Assembly: GCA_016840855.1 (NCBI GenBank)
Contig: JAEORO010000093.1
Coordinates: 1-29,411 of the forward strand
Source: Candidatus Thorarchaeota archaeon
GTDB lineage: Archaea; Asgardarchaeota; Thorarchaeia; Thorarchaeales; Thorarchaeaceae
Length of the DNA stretch: 29,411 nucleotides
Direction: 5' to 3'
Shown: positions 18,289-27,348 of the stretch, piece by piece
How the letters are laid out: the number at the start of each line of letters is the position of its first letter
Numbering within the stretch: position 1 is the first letter of the stretch
Translations under genes and position numbers: made by a program
Notes under the pieces: generated by a model
Told to the model about the DNA's origin: nothing
Databases searched by the model: none
The model's input: only the letters and a program-made list of their open reading frames with translations

Positions 18289-20088
18289 TTGTCAAAATCT
18301 TTACTCTATTCAGATGCTCCGATTCTCCATGTATTTCTGAACGACAAAAGCATTCGTAGAGAACCTATCCCTCCTGACCTTTATAGACAGTATCTCGGAG
18401 GTAGGGGTCTTGGAGTCAAACTGCTATACGATAATCTTACTCCAAAGACAGAAGCACTCTCTCCTGATAATCTGCTTGTGTTTGCAGTGGGGCCTTCGAC
18501 AGGATCAAGTGTACCAACAGCAGGACGGTTTGTAGTGGTCACAAAGTCTCCAACTACTGGTACAATATTTGACTCTCACGCTGGAGGATATTTTGGAGCA
18601 CAGCTAAGACGTGCAGGCTTTGCAGCAGTAGTCTTTCACGGAAAAGCAGAGGCTCCTGTATATCTTTGGATTAATGACGATGAAGTTGAAATCAGAGATG
18701 CTTCTAAGCTCTGGGGCAAGGACACCTATACCACAACTGAAGAACTCCTGTCGGAAACTGATCCAAAAGCCCAAGTTGCATGCATTGGCCCAGCTGGTGA
18801 GAACCTTGGACTGATGGCTGCTATTATTACTGACAAACATCGTGCAGCAGGCCGTGGAGGGGTTGGAGCTGTTATGGGCTCGAAGAAGATCAAAGCTGTG
18901 GTAGCAAAAGGCACTGGCGAAGCCGGAGTTCATGATCCTGAGCGACTCAAAGCAGTAGTAGAACGGGCTCGCAGACTTATCAAGAAGAATGCTGTGACCG
19001 ACAAATCGCTTCCCGTATATGGCACACCTGTGCTTGTGAGCGTGGCAAACGAACTAGGAATGCTTCCTACTCACAATTTCCAAGAAGGTACATTCAATGA
19101 TGCTGAGGGCGTGTCTGGTGAAAAACTCCTTGAACGGTTCTCAGCAGGAACTTATCACTGTCATGGGTGTCCTATTGGATGTGGTCGTGTGAGTCTTATA
19201 CAAGGCAATAAGGTCGGAGGACCTGAGTATGAGTCGCTCTGGGCTCTTGGACCTCAGTGTGGAATAAACGACCTTGAATGGATTGCCATTGCTAATGACA
19301 GATGTAATCGCTTAGGTCTGGATACAATATCCACTGGTTCTACTATCGGAGCTGCAATGGAACTTGTCGAGAAAGGGAAGCTTGATGCACCTCTAAGATT
19401 CGGTGATACAACTGGTGTACTTGATATTATTGATGATATTGCCCATATGCGTGGTCTTGGGGCTGAGATAAGTGAGGGCTCCAAGAGACTCGCGATACGG
19501 TATGGTGCACCTGAGCTTGCAATGCAGGTTAAAGGCCTCGAACTTCCTGCATATGATCCACGTGGTGCTCAGGGACACGCTCTTGGTTATGCTACATCAA
19601 ACCGCGGTGGCTGTCATCTGCGGTCATATTTAATTGGTCCCGAGGTGTTGGGCTCTCCTGTACTTGTTGATCGTGACAGACCTGACGGAAAGGCTGACCT
19701 TGTGATGCTCTATCAAGACTTGTCTGCCGCCATGGACTGCATGGTTGTCTGTCGGTTCACAAACTTTGCGTGGACTGTAGATGACTATGCGGAGATGATT
19801 TCTGCTGGAACGGGACTAGAGCTCACTGGTCGCGATTTGCTTCGACTGGGTGAACGAATCTATAACTTGGAGCGTCTATTCAATCTCCGAGAAGGATTCA
19901 CAGTAAAAGATGACACTCTTCCACCGAGGTTTTTCACACCTCTACCTGAGGGAGGTTCAAGAAAGAGAATTGTCCACCTTGATGTAATGTTGCCAGAATA
20001 CTATAAACTTCGCGGCTGGGATAATGAAGGTCGTCCCACTAAAGACACTCTGAAGAAACTTGACATCCCTATAACAACAGGGAAATAG
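18289..20088 (+). CDS. aor: Tungsten-dependent aldehyde:ferredoxin oxidoreductase
   Basis: YLGGRGLG, KSPTTG, CIGPAGEN, AAGRGGVGAVMGSKKIKA, CHGCPIGC, EYES, GLDTIS, RGGCH, DDTLPPRF, YYKLRGWD. Confidence 0.94.
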   Translation: MSKSLLYSDAPILHVFLNDKSIRREPIPPDLYRQYLGGRGLGVKLLYDNLTPKTEALSPDNLLVFAVGPSTGSSVPTAGRFVVVTKSPTTGTIFDSHAGGYFGAQLRRAGFAAVVFHGKAEAPVYLWINDDEVEIRDASKLWGKDTYTTTEELLSETDPKAQVACIGPAGENLGLMAAIITDKHRAAGRGGVGAVMGSKKIKAVVAKGTGEAGVHDPERLKAVVERARRLIKKNAVTDKSLPVYGTPVLVSVANELGMLPTHNFQEGTFNDAEGVSGEKLLERFSAGTYHCHGCPIGCGRVSLIQGNKVGGPEYESLWALGPQCGINDLEWIAIANDRCNRLGLDTISTGSTIGAAMELVEKGKLDAPLRFGDTTGVLDIIDDIAHMRGLGAEISEGSKRLAIRYGAPELAMQVKGLELPAYDPRGAQGHALGYATSNRGGCHLRSYLIGPEVLGSPVLVDRDRPDGKADLVMLYQDLSAAMDCMVVCRFTNFAWTVDDYAEMISAGTGLELTGRDLLRLGERIYNLERLFNLREGFTVKDDTLPPRFFTPLPEGGSRKRIVHLDVMLPEYYKLRGWDNEGRPTKDTLKKLDIPITTGK

Positions 20089-20185
20089 TTTTCCTGAGTG
20101 GCTCCAGTAGAACTTATGGAGATGGACCTAACTGGCCCGAGGAAATAAAAAACGACGGAAATTCCGAAGAAGTCATGCTCCGTAT

Positions 20186-22084
20186 TTGACGAAGATTCGC
20201 TTCTTTTGGTGCGACAAATGTAATGTTCCTAGAATAGCCCTTACTGAATGTAGTACCTGTGGAACAACACCAAGAACCGTTGAGATCTCTCCACCAGGAG
20301 ACCCGTTTCCTGCTATGGATGGTCATCTTGAAAAAGCGAAGAAAGCAATTGACGCACAATTTGGCGAAGGGGTTGGAGCAATAGTCCTCCCGTCCAACAA
20401 ACCAATCGTTATGAACAAGGTTCCATCTCTTGATGCGATGTATGAGATAATAGTTGATGGCCATATCATTGGTCGATTAAGATTTGAAATCCAAAAGCGT
20501 GACTATACTTTTCTACTCTCCCTTGAAGGAGCACGTCGAATAGGTGCTGTAAGTAGGCAGAAATGGGTCACAATCTATGAAGGAGTTCTGAAATATCTAA
20601 AAGATGGAGCCAATCTTATGGTTCCTGGGATTGCTGGTTGCGACTCAGAGATTCAGGTTGATGATGAGGTGTGGCTAGTAGACCCTGATGGTATGGTGGT
20701 CGGTTCAGGTATATCCCGGATGACAGGAGAAAGTATGGCAAAAGAGAAGAAAGGTTTCGCTGTGAAGACACGATCCGTTGCAGACCCTGCTCCACCTTCA
20801 GATAATCCGAAAACATCCACATGGGAAGATGTTGTGAAGGCCAATCATAATGATTTGGTTATAATTGAAGAGGAAGCCATTTCCTTTATAGAACGGACTG
20901 CTAAGAAGAAAGATATTCCTGTAGTTGTTGGTTTTAGCGGAGGCAAAGACTCACTAGCCACATACCTAGTCGTAGAGAAAGCAATTGGACTCAGCCCACC
21001 TATCTTCTTCATGGACACAGGCATCGAACTCCCAGAAACAGTTGAGTACATCAAGGATTTTGCAGGTGCAAGGAAGGTTCCAGTCGTTGGGCAAGAATCA
21101 GGTGATCGATTCTGGGAATCAGTTGATGTGTTTGGACCACCTGCTCGTGATTTTCGCTGGTGCTGTAAGGTGTTAAAGCTAGGACCTGCAGCCACTTCGA
21201 TTGCAGATGAGATGGGTGGAGAAACATTGAGTTTCATGGGACAACGAAAGCTGGAGTCCTTCCAGCGGTCCATTGAGCCCCGAGTGACTGAGAATCCATG
21301 GGTTCCTGGGCAGATTTCTGCCAATCCAATCCAGAATTGGAATGCGCTCGAAGTCTGGCTTTATATCTTCAAAGAGAAGGCTGCTTTCAATCCGTTATAT
21401 AATCAAGGATACCATCGAATGGGATGCTATCTCTGTCCCTCATCACCACTTGCTGAATTAGAGAGCCTACGGGAAACTCATCCAGAGTATCATGCTAAAT
21501 GGGCTTCTATGATGAAAAAATGGGCAGAGAAGTATGGGTTTCCAAATGAATGGATTGAGATGGGTTTCTGGAGATGGAAAACACTACCCAAGGGGCAGAT
21601 GAAACTGATTAACAAGCTTGGTCTTGATATTAAGCCTGACCGCTCCAGTCCCGGAGAAAGTCTTGAGCTTCAGGTGACAAAGGGAATCGCACCATGTACG
21701 AAATCAGGATTTAGTCTAGAGGGTGTTTTTTCATCAGGGATTGATATAAACCGAGTTTCAAAAGTACTACCTATATTAGGTAAAACAAAGTTGTCCGAAG
21801 AGATGGGGGCTTTGAGAACAACCGCAGGTGAGAATAGTATAGCCCTCTTTAGTTCTGGTTCTGTGGTTGTCAGGGGACCTGATGAAAAAACTGTTGATCG
21901 ACTTACCAAAAAAATGGAACGTGCAGTGAAGCGAGCTATATTCTGCCAAGAATGTGGTTCATGTGTCCCTCAGTGTGAACATAGTGCACTATCTCTGAGT
22001 GAGGGCAAGATTTCAGTTGATGAAGATAAATGTACAAACTGTCTCAAATGTGACACTTGGCCTTGTCCAACGTACCTGTCTTAG
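20186..22084 (+). CDS. PAPS-reductase-family (PP-loop) protein with N-terminal Zn ribbon, PUA domain and C-terminal ferredoxin domain
   Basis: WCDKCNVP..CSTCG; PUA (LKDGANLMVPGI..GMVVGSG); SGGKDS; RWCCKVLK; RMGCYLCP; CQECGSCVPQC and CTNCLKCDTWPC. Confidence 0.88.
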   Translation: MTKIRFFWCDKCNVPRIALTECSTCGTTPRTVEISPPGDPFPAMDGHLEKAKKAIDAQFGEGVGAIVLPSNKPIVMNKVPSLDAMYEIIVDGHIIGRLRFEIQKRDYTFLLSLEGARRIGAVSRQKWVTIYEGVLKYLKDGANLMVPGIAGCDSEIQVDDEVWLVDPDGMVVGSGISRMTGESMAKEKKGFAVKTRSVADPAPPSDNPKTSTWEDVVKANHNDLVIIEEEAISFIERTAKKKDIPVVVGFSGGKDSLATYLVVEKAIGLSPPIFFMDTGIELPETVEYIKDFAGARKVPVVGQESGDRFWESVDVFGPPARDFRWCCKVLKLGPAATSIADEMGGETLSFMGQRKLESFQRSIEPRVTENPWVPGQISANPIQNWNALEVWLYIFKEKAAFNPLYNQGYHRMGCYLCPSSPLAELESLRETHPEYHAKWASMMKKWAEKYGFPNEWIEMGFWRWKTLPKGQMKLINKLGLDIKPDRSSPGESLELQVTKGIAPCTKSGFSLEGVFSSGIDINRVSKVLPILGKTKLSEEMGALRTTAGENSIALFSSGSVVVRGPDEKTVDRLTKKMERAVKRAIFCQECGSCVPQCEHSALSLSEGKISVDEDKCTNCLKCDTWPCPTYLS

Positions 22085-22188
22085 TGAAAGAAATGTCTAC
22101 GATTTAAAGAAAGTAAGCTAAGACACCCCTTTTTGTAACAGCAAGGTTATTATTCCGACTATCAACAAAAGCCTAGGTCGAGTGTGAA

Positions 22189-23550
22189 ATGCTATCAGCG
22201 ATAAGTTTGCACATATACAGGTACCGCAAGTACTTGGTGCTCACACTTGTAATCTCACTTATCGCTATCCCTATCGCTGATGTCTTAGTCATACAGAGAG
22301 ATCGAAATCGAAACGAGATGTATGGTGAAGCTTTCTGGATCTATGGATTCGGAGTCTACACAATGAATGATACTTATCTCGCTGAGTCTATGGAAAACTT
22401 GGGTTTCCCCTATAACGATGGTGAGCATGTTCTACCACCTTACTTGAGCCAAGTAGAATACGAGTATCCAGTCTTTGGCTTCATATTTTTTGCAATAGCT
22501 ACGTGGATGTTCCCAGGAGCCGGAGGGCTACAACCATTGTGGCTTAATTTCCTCCTTGTGCTTGTGTTTAACCTGAACCTTGTCTTGTTATCCATTCTTC
22601 TCAAAGAAAAACTGCAAGAGAAACAATGGGCACGCATGTTCTTTGCAGGATACTTTGTATATGGGCTCATAATGTCAGCTGGTGGCGGCAAACTTGAACC
22701 ACTTGTAGACTGTCTTTTGCTAATGTCGCTTGTTCTCTGGCAGGAAAATCAGCATGGAAAAGCAATGTTTACACTAGGATTGAGTGTTCAGACTAAGGTA
22801 TATTCCGTGGTGGTCTTTCCTCTCTTTTTCCTCATCAACCCTGTTTCATCAATTTGGTTCATCGGATCAATGTTTGTTTCTGTGATTCCATCATTCTTCG
22901 GAGCCAGCTTTGAATCTCTTATCTCACACTTTCTCAACTTGTCCAGTTATAGTGTGTATGTTGTCAACTCCATGTTTCCAGGACTTCTATGGGCTACACC
23001 CAGACTACCAACCACACCATCAGATCCGATAACTTTCTACTGGTGGCCACCTGCAGCAATTCCCCTAATCATTTATGTCCTATTCATGCTTCTGACAATC
23101 AAGCTGTATCTACCAACAAGAAAAGATCTTGAAGGGAAATCTATTAGACAAAAATTACTAGAACTCAAATATCTCTACCTCTACTTGCTGCCAGGCGTTC
23201 TCTTTGTATTTCGTTGGGTTATGCCATGGTATCTATATTGGCTGGCACCAGTTGTAGTCCTCTTTGAAAAGGATGAACATGCCTCTGGGTATATGAAAGA
23301 AATGGCAATTGTAGGATTTCTCTATACATTCGGATTGGTTTGTAATTGGCCATATTTCAGCGGTGATCCTGGTCCTCTACGTGATTTTGTGGGGCATTTC
23401 CCACTCAGAGAAGGCACAGTCTTGGGTGTGATGCTTATTGCGATTCTTGCAGGGTTGACATATGTGCTATGGAAATGGGAATTTGATAGAAGAGATAGGA
23501 GGATGAGGCTCGCACGAGAAGCTGAAGCTCGCGGAGAACTCATCATCTAA
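22189..23550 (+). CDS. Polytopic membrane glycosyltransferase, GT-C fold (GT87 / PIG-M-like)
   Basis: Many TM segments; first-loop EYEYP; GKLEPL..LLLMSL; LGLSVQTKVYS; MPWYLYWLAP motifs typical of GT87-like enzymes. Confidence 0.6.
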   Translation: MLSAISLHIYRYRKYLVLTLVISLIAIPIADVLVIQRDRNRNEMYGEAFWIYGFGVYTMNDTYLAESMENLGFPYNDGEHVLPPYLSQVEYEYPVFGFIFFAIATWMFPGAGGLQPLWLNFLLVLVFNLNLVLLSILLKEKLQEKQWARMFFAGYFVYGLIMSAGGGKLEPLVDCLLLMSLVLWQENQHGKAMFTLGLSVQTKVYSVVVFPLFFLINPVSSIWFIGSMFVSVIPSFFGASFESLISHFLNLSSYSVYVVNSMFPGLLWATPRLPTTPSDPITFYWWPPAAIPLIIYVLFMLLTIKLYLPTRKDLEGKSIRQKLLELKYLYLYLLPGVLFVFRWVMPWYLYWLAPVVVLFEKDEHASGYMKEMAIVGFLYTFGLVCNWPYFSGDPGPLRDFVGHFPLREGTVLGVMLIAILAGLTYVLWKWEFDRRDRRMRLAREAEARGELII

Positions 23551-24016
23551 CCTTTTTGCGAGGTGTTCCGTTCTCACGGTAATAATCTATTATACGTTCG
23601 CGAATCAATGTGGATGAGCAGAGACCATCAGCTTCACGTTTCTCTAGTCTTACAATCTTTGTCTTCATACCACTATGCGCCAAATGGGTTTCAAGTGAAT
23701 CAATGTCTGTGTACTGATCATACCCTAGTGCAATGATGTCTGGTTTGATTTCAGAAACAATAATGGTGTGGTCGTTGGTGTCAAGACCGATCACAGCTCG
23801 GTCGACAAACTTCAATGACTCCACAATTTTACGTCTTTGTTCCTGAGGAAACACCGGTGGAGCGCCGCGTTCTCGTAGAATGGTCTTATCAAGGGCTATG
23901 ACCACTATGAGTTCCCCGTCTTCTCCAGCTAGTTCTTTTGCCTGTTCAAGATAAGCGATATGTCCCAAGTGAAGTATGTCAAACTTTCCCGCTGCAAGGA
24001 CTCTCTTTCCTTTCAT
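23543..24016 (-). CDS. ribL: Archaeal FAD synthetase (cytidylyltransferase family)
   Basis: AAGKFDILHLGH (HxGH), QEQRRKIVESLKFVD, PDIIALGYDQ, SSTLI. Confidence 0.85.
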   Translation of the reverse strand: MKGKRVLAAGKFDILHLGHIAYLEQAKELAGEDGELIVVIALDKTILRERGAPPVFPQEQRRKIVESLKFVDRAVIGLDTNDHTIIVSEIKPDIIALGYDQYTDIDSLETHLAHSGMKTKIVRLEKREADGLCSSTLIRERIIDYYRENGTPRKKVR

Positions 24017-24034
24017 TGGGATTGCTCCTGAGTG

Positions 24035-24301
24035 TTAGTCTTCATCTACAGCGAGAAATGTTTCGGCTTCAGTGATGACCTCGATTCGGCGTTTCGTCTT
24101 GGTTATTTGACTGACATGAACAAGTCCGTTTATCTCGAGTTGTAAAAGAGCCGCATTCAGCTCAGCTTCACTGGGTTCTGATCCGAGTTCTTTCTTTAAC
24201 GCCCTTATGAGTTCATCATCTAAGATGACCCCTCGTCGCTTCTTCACTATATCGACGACCAAATTCGTCATAGGCATTGCATTCCACGGAGCCAATATCA
24301 T
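24035..24301 (-). CDS. Small putative winged-helix protein downstream of cdc48
   Basis: 88 aa; ELNAALLQLEINGLVHV helix plus wing; GAGGTGA SD upstream; 13 bp after the cdc48 stop. Confidence 0.7.
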   Translation of the reverse strand: MILAPWNAMPMTNLVVDIVKKRRGVILDDELIRALKKELGSEPSEAELNAALLQLEINGLVHVSQITKTKRRIEVITEAETFLAVDED

Positions 24302-24314
24302 CTCACCTCATTGC

Positions 24315-26522
24315 TTATCCATACATTGCATGCGCTGCAGTGTCTACTTCAGTTGTTCTGCGTAGAGTCTGGTCCATCTTCCGGTAGCGTTCTAGCATTT
24401 CTTTAGTCACAGAAGAATGCACTGATTCGATGGCATCTTCAAAATGTTTCCAAGCGACAACCTCTGTTTCCATGTCCTCTCTTAAGGCTCTCATTCCTGC
24501 CTCTCTGCAGATTGCCTCGATGTCGCCACCCACATAGTTCTCTGTCATTTCAACGAGTTTAGTGAATTGTTTTTTGACACCAGCTTCAAGTGGCATTCCC
24601 TTTGTATAAATTTCAAAAATGGCTTTTCTACTTGCAGCATCAGGTGCATCAACATAAACAAAACGGTCAAATCGACCAGTTCGTAGAAGCGCTTTGTCGA
24701 TTAGTTCTGGACGATTAGTAGCTGCGATAACAACAATATCTTTCATTGATTCCAGTCCGTCCATTTCTGTCAGGAGTTGGCTAATTACTCTCTGATTGTG
24801 TACCGCACCAGGACCATCTCCTCCAGCACCTCTTGTTGGTGCCAGAGCGTCAATTTCATCAAAGAAGATAATAGCGGGTGCAGCAGTCCGCGCTTTTCTG
24901 AATATCTCTCGAATGGCTTTTTCACTCTCTCCGACCCATTTTGAAATTAGCTCTGGGCCTTTTACGCTAATGAAGTTGGCTTCACTTTCAGTTGCTACGG
25001 CTCTTGCTAAGAGAGTTTTTCCACAACCAGGTGGTCCAAAGACAAGAACTCCTTTTGGTGGTGTGATGCCTAGTCGTTTGAATGACTCTGGTCTTTTCAA
25101 AGGCCACTCTACGACCTCTTTGAGCTCTTGCTTTGCTTTTTCTAAACCACCAATATCATCCCATTTCACATCAGGGACTTCGATGAAGACCTCTCTCACA
25201 GCAGATGGCTGGATCTCCTTCAATGCCTCTAGGAAGTCACCATTGTGAACCTCGAGCTTATCCAGTACATCCTGTGGTATCTCTTCTGCTTCTAAATCGA
25301 TTTGAGGAAGGTATCTTCTAAGAGCCTTCATTGCAGACTCTCTACAGAGCGCCTGAAGGTCCGCACCTACAAATCCATGAGTGATTTTTGCTAGATTCTG
25401 CAGGTTAACAGTACCATCACCTTCCGTGGTCAATGGCATTCCCCTTGAATGAATGAGAAGTACCTCCAATCTTCCTGTTTCATCTGGAACTCCAATCTCA
25501 ATCTCCCTGTCAAATCTGCCTGGACGTCGAAGTGCTGGATCAAGTGCATTCACACGATTTGTGGCTCCTATCACTACGACCTGACCACGTGCCTTGAGAC
25601 CATCCATAGTTGCTAGTAGCTGAGCTACCACTCGGCGTTCAACTTCACCCTGCACATCTTCTCTCTTTGGTGCAATAGCATCCAGCTCATCAATGAATAT
25701 GATACTTGGAGCGTTCTCCTCTGCTTCTTCGAAAATCTTCCTTAGTTTCTGTTCAGACTCTCCATAGAACTTAGACATGATTTCGGGACCGTTGATATGA
25801 ACAAAGTTTGCCTCAGACTCTCCAGCAACCGCTTTCGCTAGCAGTGTCTTACCTGTACCCGGTGGTCCATGAAGAATAAGACCTCGTGGTGGGTCAATTC
25901 CTAATCTCTTGAAAATCTCTGGATGTTTCATCGGGAGTTCGACCATCTCTCTAATCCTCTGGATTGCATCAGATAAACCACCTATCTCTTCATAGGTCAC
26001 TTGTGCTGCACCTACGACATCTCCTGTGGGTTTCTCTGCAATTGCGAGAATTGTAGAATGTTGCACTACCACTGTGCCAGCTGGTTTTATGGAAGTGACT
26101 TTGAATGGAATGGCTCTTCCAAGGATTGGAATAAATACGGTGTCCTGAGTGGTCACAGGACAATTCAGGAGCTTTCTCTTCACAAACTCTTCGAATCTTG
26201 GTTCTGGTCGAATTGGCACCGAGGTGGGTGCAAGTGTCACATTCTTTGCCGGTTCTTCATTAGCGCGAGCAACAGTCACTTTCTCACTAAGACTTACTCC
26301 TGCATTTCTTCTGATTCTACCGTCCATCCGAATAATTTCTCTACCTTTATCACCCTGATAGGCTGGCCATGCAATAGCTGCAGTCAACCTCTTTCCTTTG
26401 ATTTGGATGATATCACCAGTCCTGACTCCCAGCTTCTCCATTGAAACAGCGTCAATACGGACTATGAACCTACCAATGTCCCTATGTTCGGCCTCTGCGA
26501 CCTTTAGAATAATTTCGACCAT
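24315..26522 (-). CDS. cdc48: CDC48/VAT/p97 AAA+ ATPase
   Basis: N-domain; D1 GPPGTGKT and DELD; D2 GPPGCGKT and DEID; pore loops KFYG and KWVG; C-terminal MYG. Confidence 0.97.
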   Translation of the reverse strand: MVEIILKVAEAEHRDIGRFIVRIDAVSMEKLGVRTGDIIQIKGKRLTAAIAWPAYQGDKGREIIRMDGRIRRNAGVSLSEKVTVARANEEPAKNVTLAPTSVPIRPEPRFEEFVKRKLLNCPVTTQDTVFIPILGRAIPFKVTSIKPAGTVVVQHSTILAIAEKPTGDVVGAAQVTYEEIGGLSDAIQRIREMVELPMKHPEIFKRLGIDPPRGLILHGPPGTGKTLLAKAVAGESEANFVHINGPEIMSKFYGESEQKLRKIFEEAEENAPSIIFIDELDAIAPKREDVQGEVERRVVAQLLATMDGLKARGQVVVIGATNRVNALDPALRRPGRFDREIEIGVPDETGRLEVLLIHSRGMPLTTEGDGTVNLQNLAKITHGFVGADLQALCRESAMKALRRYLPQIDLEAEEIPQDVLDKLEVHNGDFLEALKEIQPSAVREVFIEVPDVKWDDIGGLEKAKQELKEVVEWPLKRPESFKRLGITPPKGVLVFGPPGCGKTLLARAVATESEANFISVKGPELISKWVGESEKAIREIFRKARTAAPAIIFFDEIDALAPTRGAGGDGPGAVHNQRVISQLLTEMDGLESMKDIVVIAATNRPELIDKALLRTGRFDRFVYVDAPDAASRKAIFEIYTKGMPLEAGVKKQFTKLVEMTENYVGGDIEAICREAGMRALREDMETEVVAWKHFEDAIESVHSSVTKEMLERYRKMDQTLRRTTEVDTAAHAMYG

Positions 26523-26731
26523 TTCCTTGAGGCATCCTTTTACTCCATTAATATAGTATGAGAAACCGGACGTGATTCGTTAAATCATTGAAATTCGTCT
26601 AGTTTTTGCTATTCAATGTTTCTTTGTTTACCAATATAACCAGATACAGAACTTGGAACTATGACTCTATGAATGTTTACTGTCTGTTAAGGGATTTAAA
26701 GAGAGTCAAGAACACGTGGATTTCGCGCCCA

Positions 26732-26998
26732 CTACATTCTAGATACTCTTTCTACTTCTACTTGTGATACTCCCTCAACAGCGCTTATGGCCTCTTCGAT
26801 ATCATCAGTACCGCCCAACGACTCATCTCGTGCAAGATTCATTCTGAGCGCTTTGAGTCCAAAAGCCACAGGCTGTGTTTCTGTAGCCCCCAGATCTGTT
26901 CCTTCCGGGATTACACTTTTGATTCTTTCGAGTAGATCATCTAGGTTGACTTCAATATCCTCAGGCATTATTCGTAGGGTCATTACAACTCGTGCCAT
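26732..26998 (-). CDS. ef1b: Elongation factor 1-beta
   Basis: LRIMPEDIEVNLD, PVAFGLKAL, GGTDDIEEAI..VEGV. Confidence 0.93.
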   Translation of the reverse strand: MARVVMTLRIMPEDIEVNLDDLLERIKSVIPEGTDLGATETQPVAFGLKALRMNLARDESLGGTDDIEEAISAVEGVSQVEVERVSRM

Positions 26999-27021
26999 TT
27001 CATTGCATCTCCAGAGTTGGT

Positions 27022-27198
27022 CTATGGCCCTTCAAATCCACAGTTGGGACAAGTGTATCTATTCGAGAATCGTCTACACGGTTCACAACGCCAAATGATA
27101 AATTCACCACATGAAGGACATTGGAATTTCACACCATTTTCCTGTGGAGAAACTGATGCGTGACAGGATGTACACCTGATAGCTCTCATAGTTGCCAA
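27022..27198 (-). CDS. Zn-ribbon protein (DUF1610 / HVO_2753-like), 58 aa, absent from the ORF track
   Basis: Manual translation: MATMRAIRCTSCHASVSPQENGVKFQCPSCGEFIIWRCEPCRRFSNRYTCPNCGFEGP*. Four CxxC motifs; GGTGA SD before TTG; usual position upstream of ef1b. Confidence 0.92.
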   Translation of the reverse strand: MATMRAIRCTSCHASVSPQENGVKFQCPSCGEFIIWRCEPCRRFSNRYTCPNCGFEGP

Positions 27199-27348
27199 GT
27201 TATCACCAGAAGATTTACTGATGCATACTGCACCAGTTTTGGGGGCGTGCTGACGAGTTATTATAAATCTGTCGAAGTGTGATTGGTATCCCGAAGCATA
27301 TATTCTTGAGTTGTGTCTTTATGTATGAAAGATGAAGGAGCGGATTAA

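Noticed and set aside
26523-26731. 209-bp intergenic region upstream of cdc48 as a possible ncRNA or small ORF
   Set aside because: AT-rich, with no convincing stems, C/D boxes or coding signal; consistent with terminator plus promoter.
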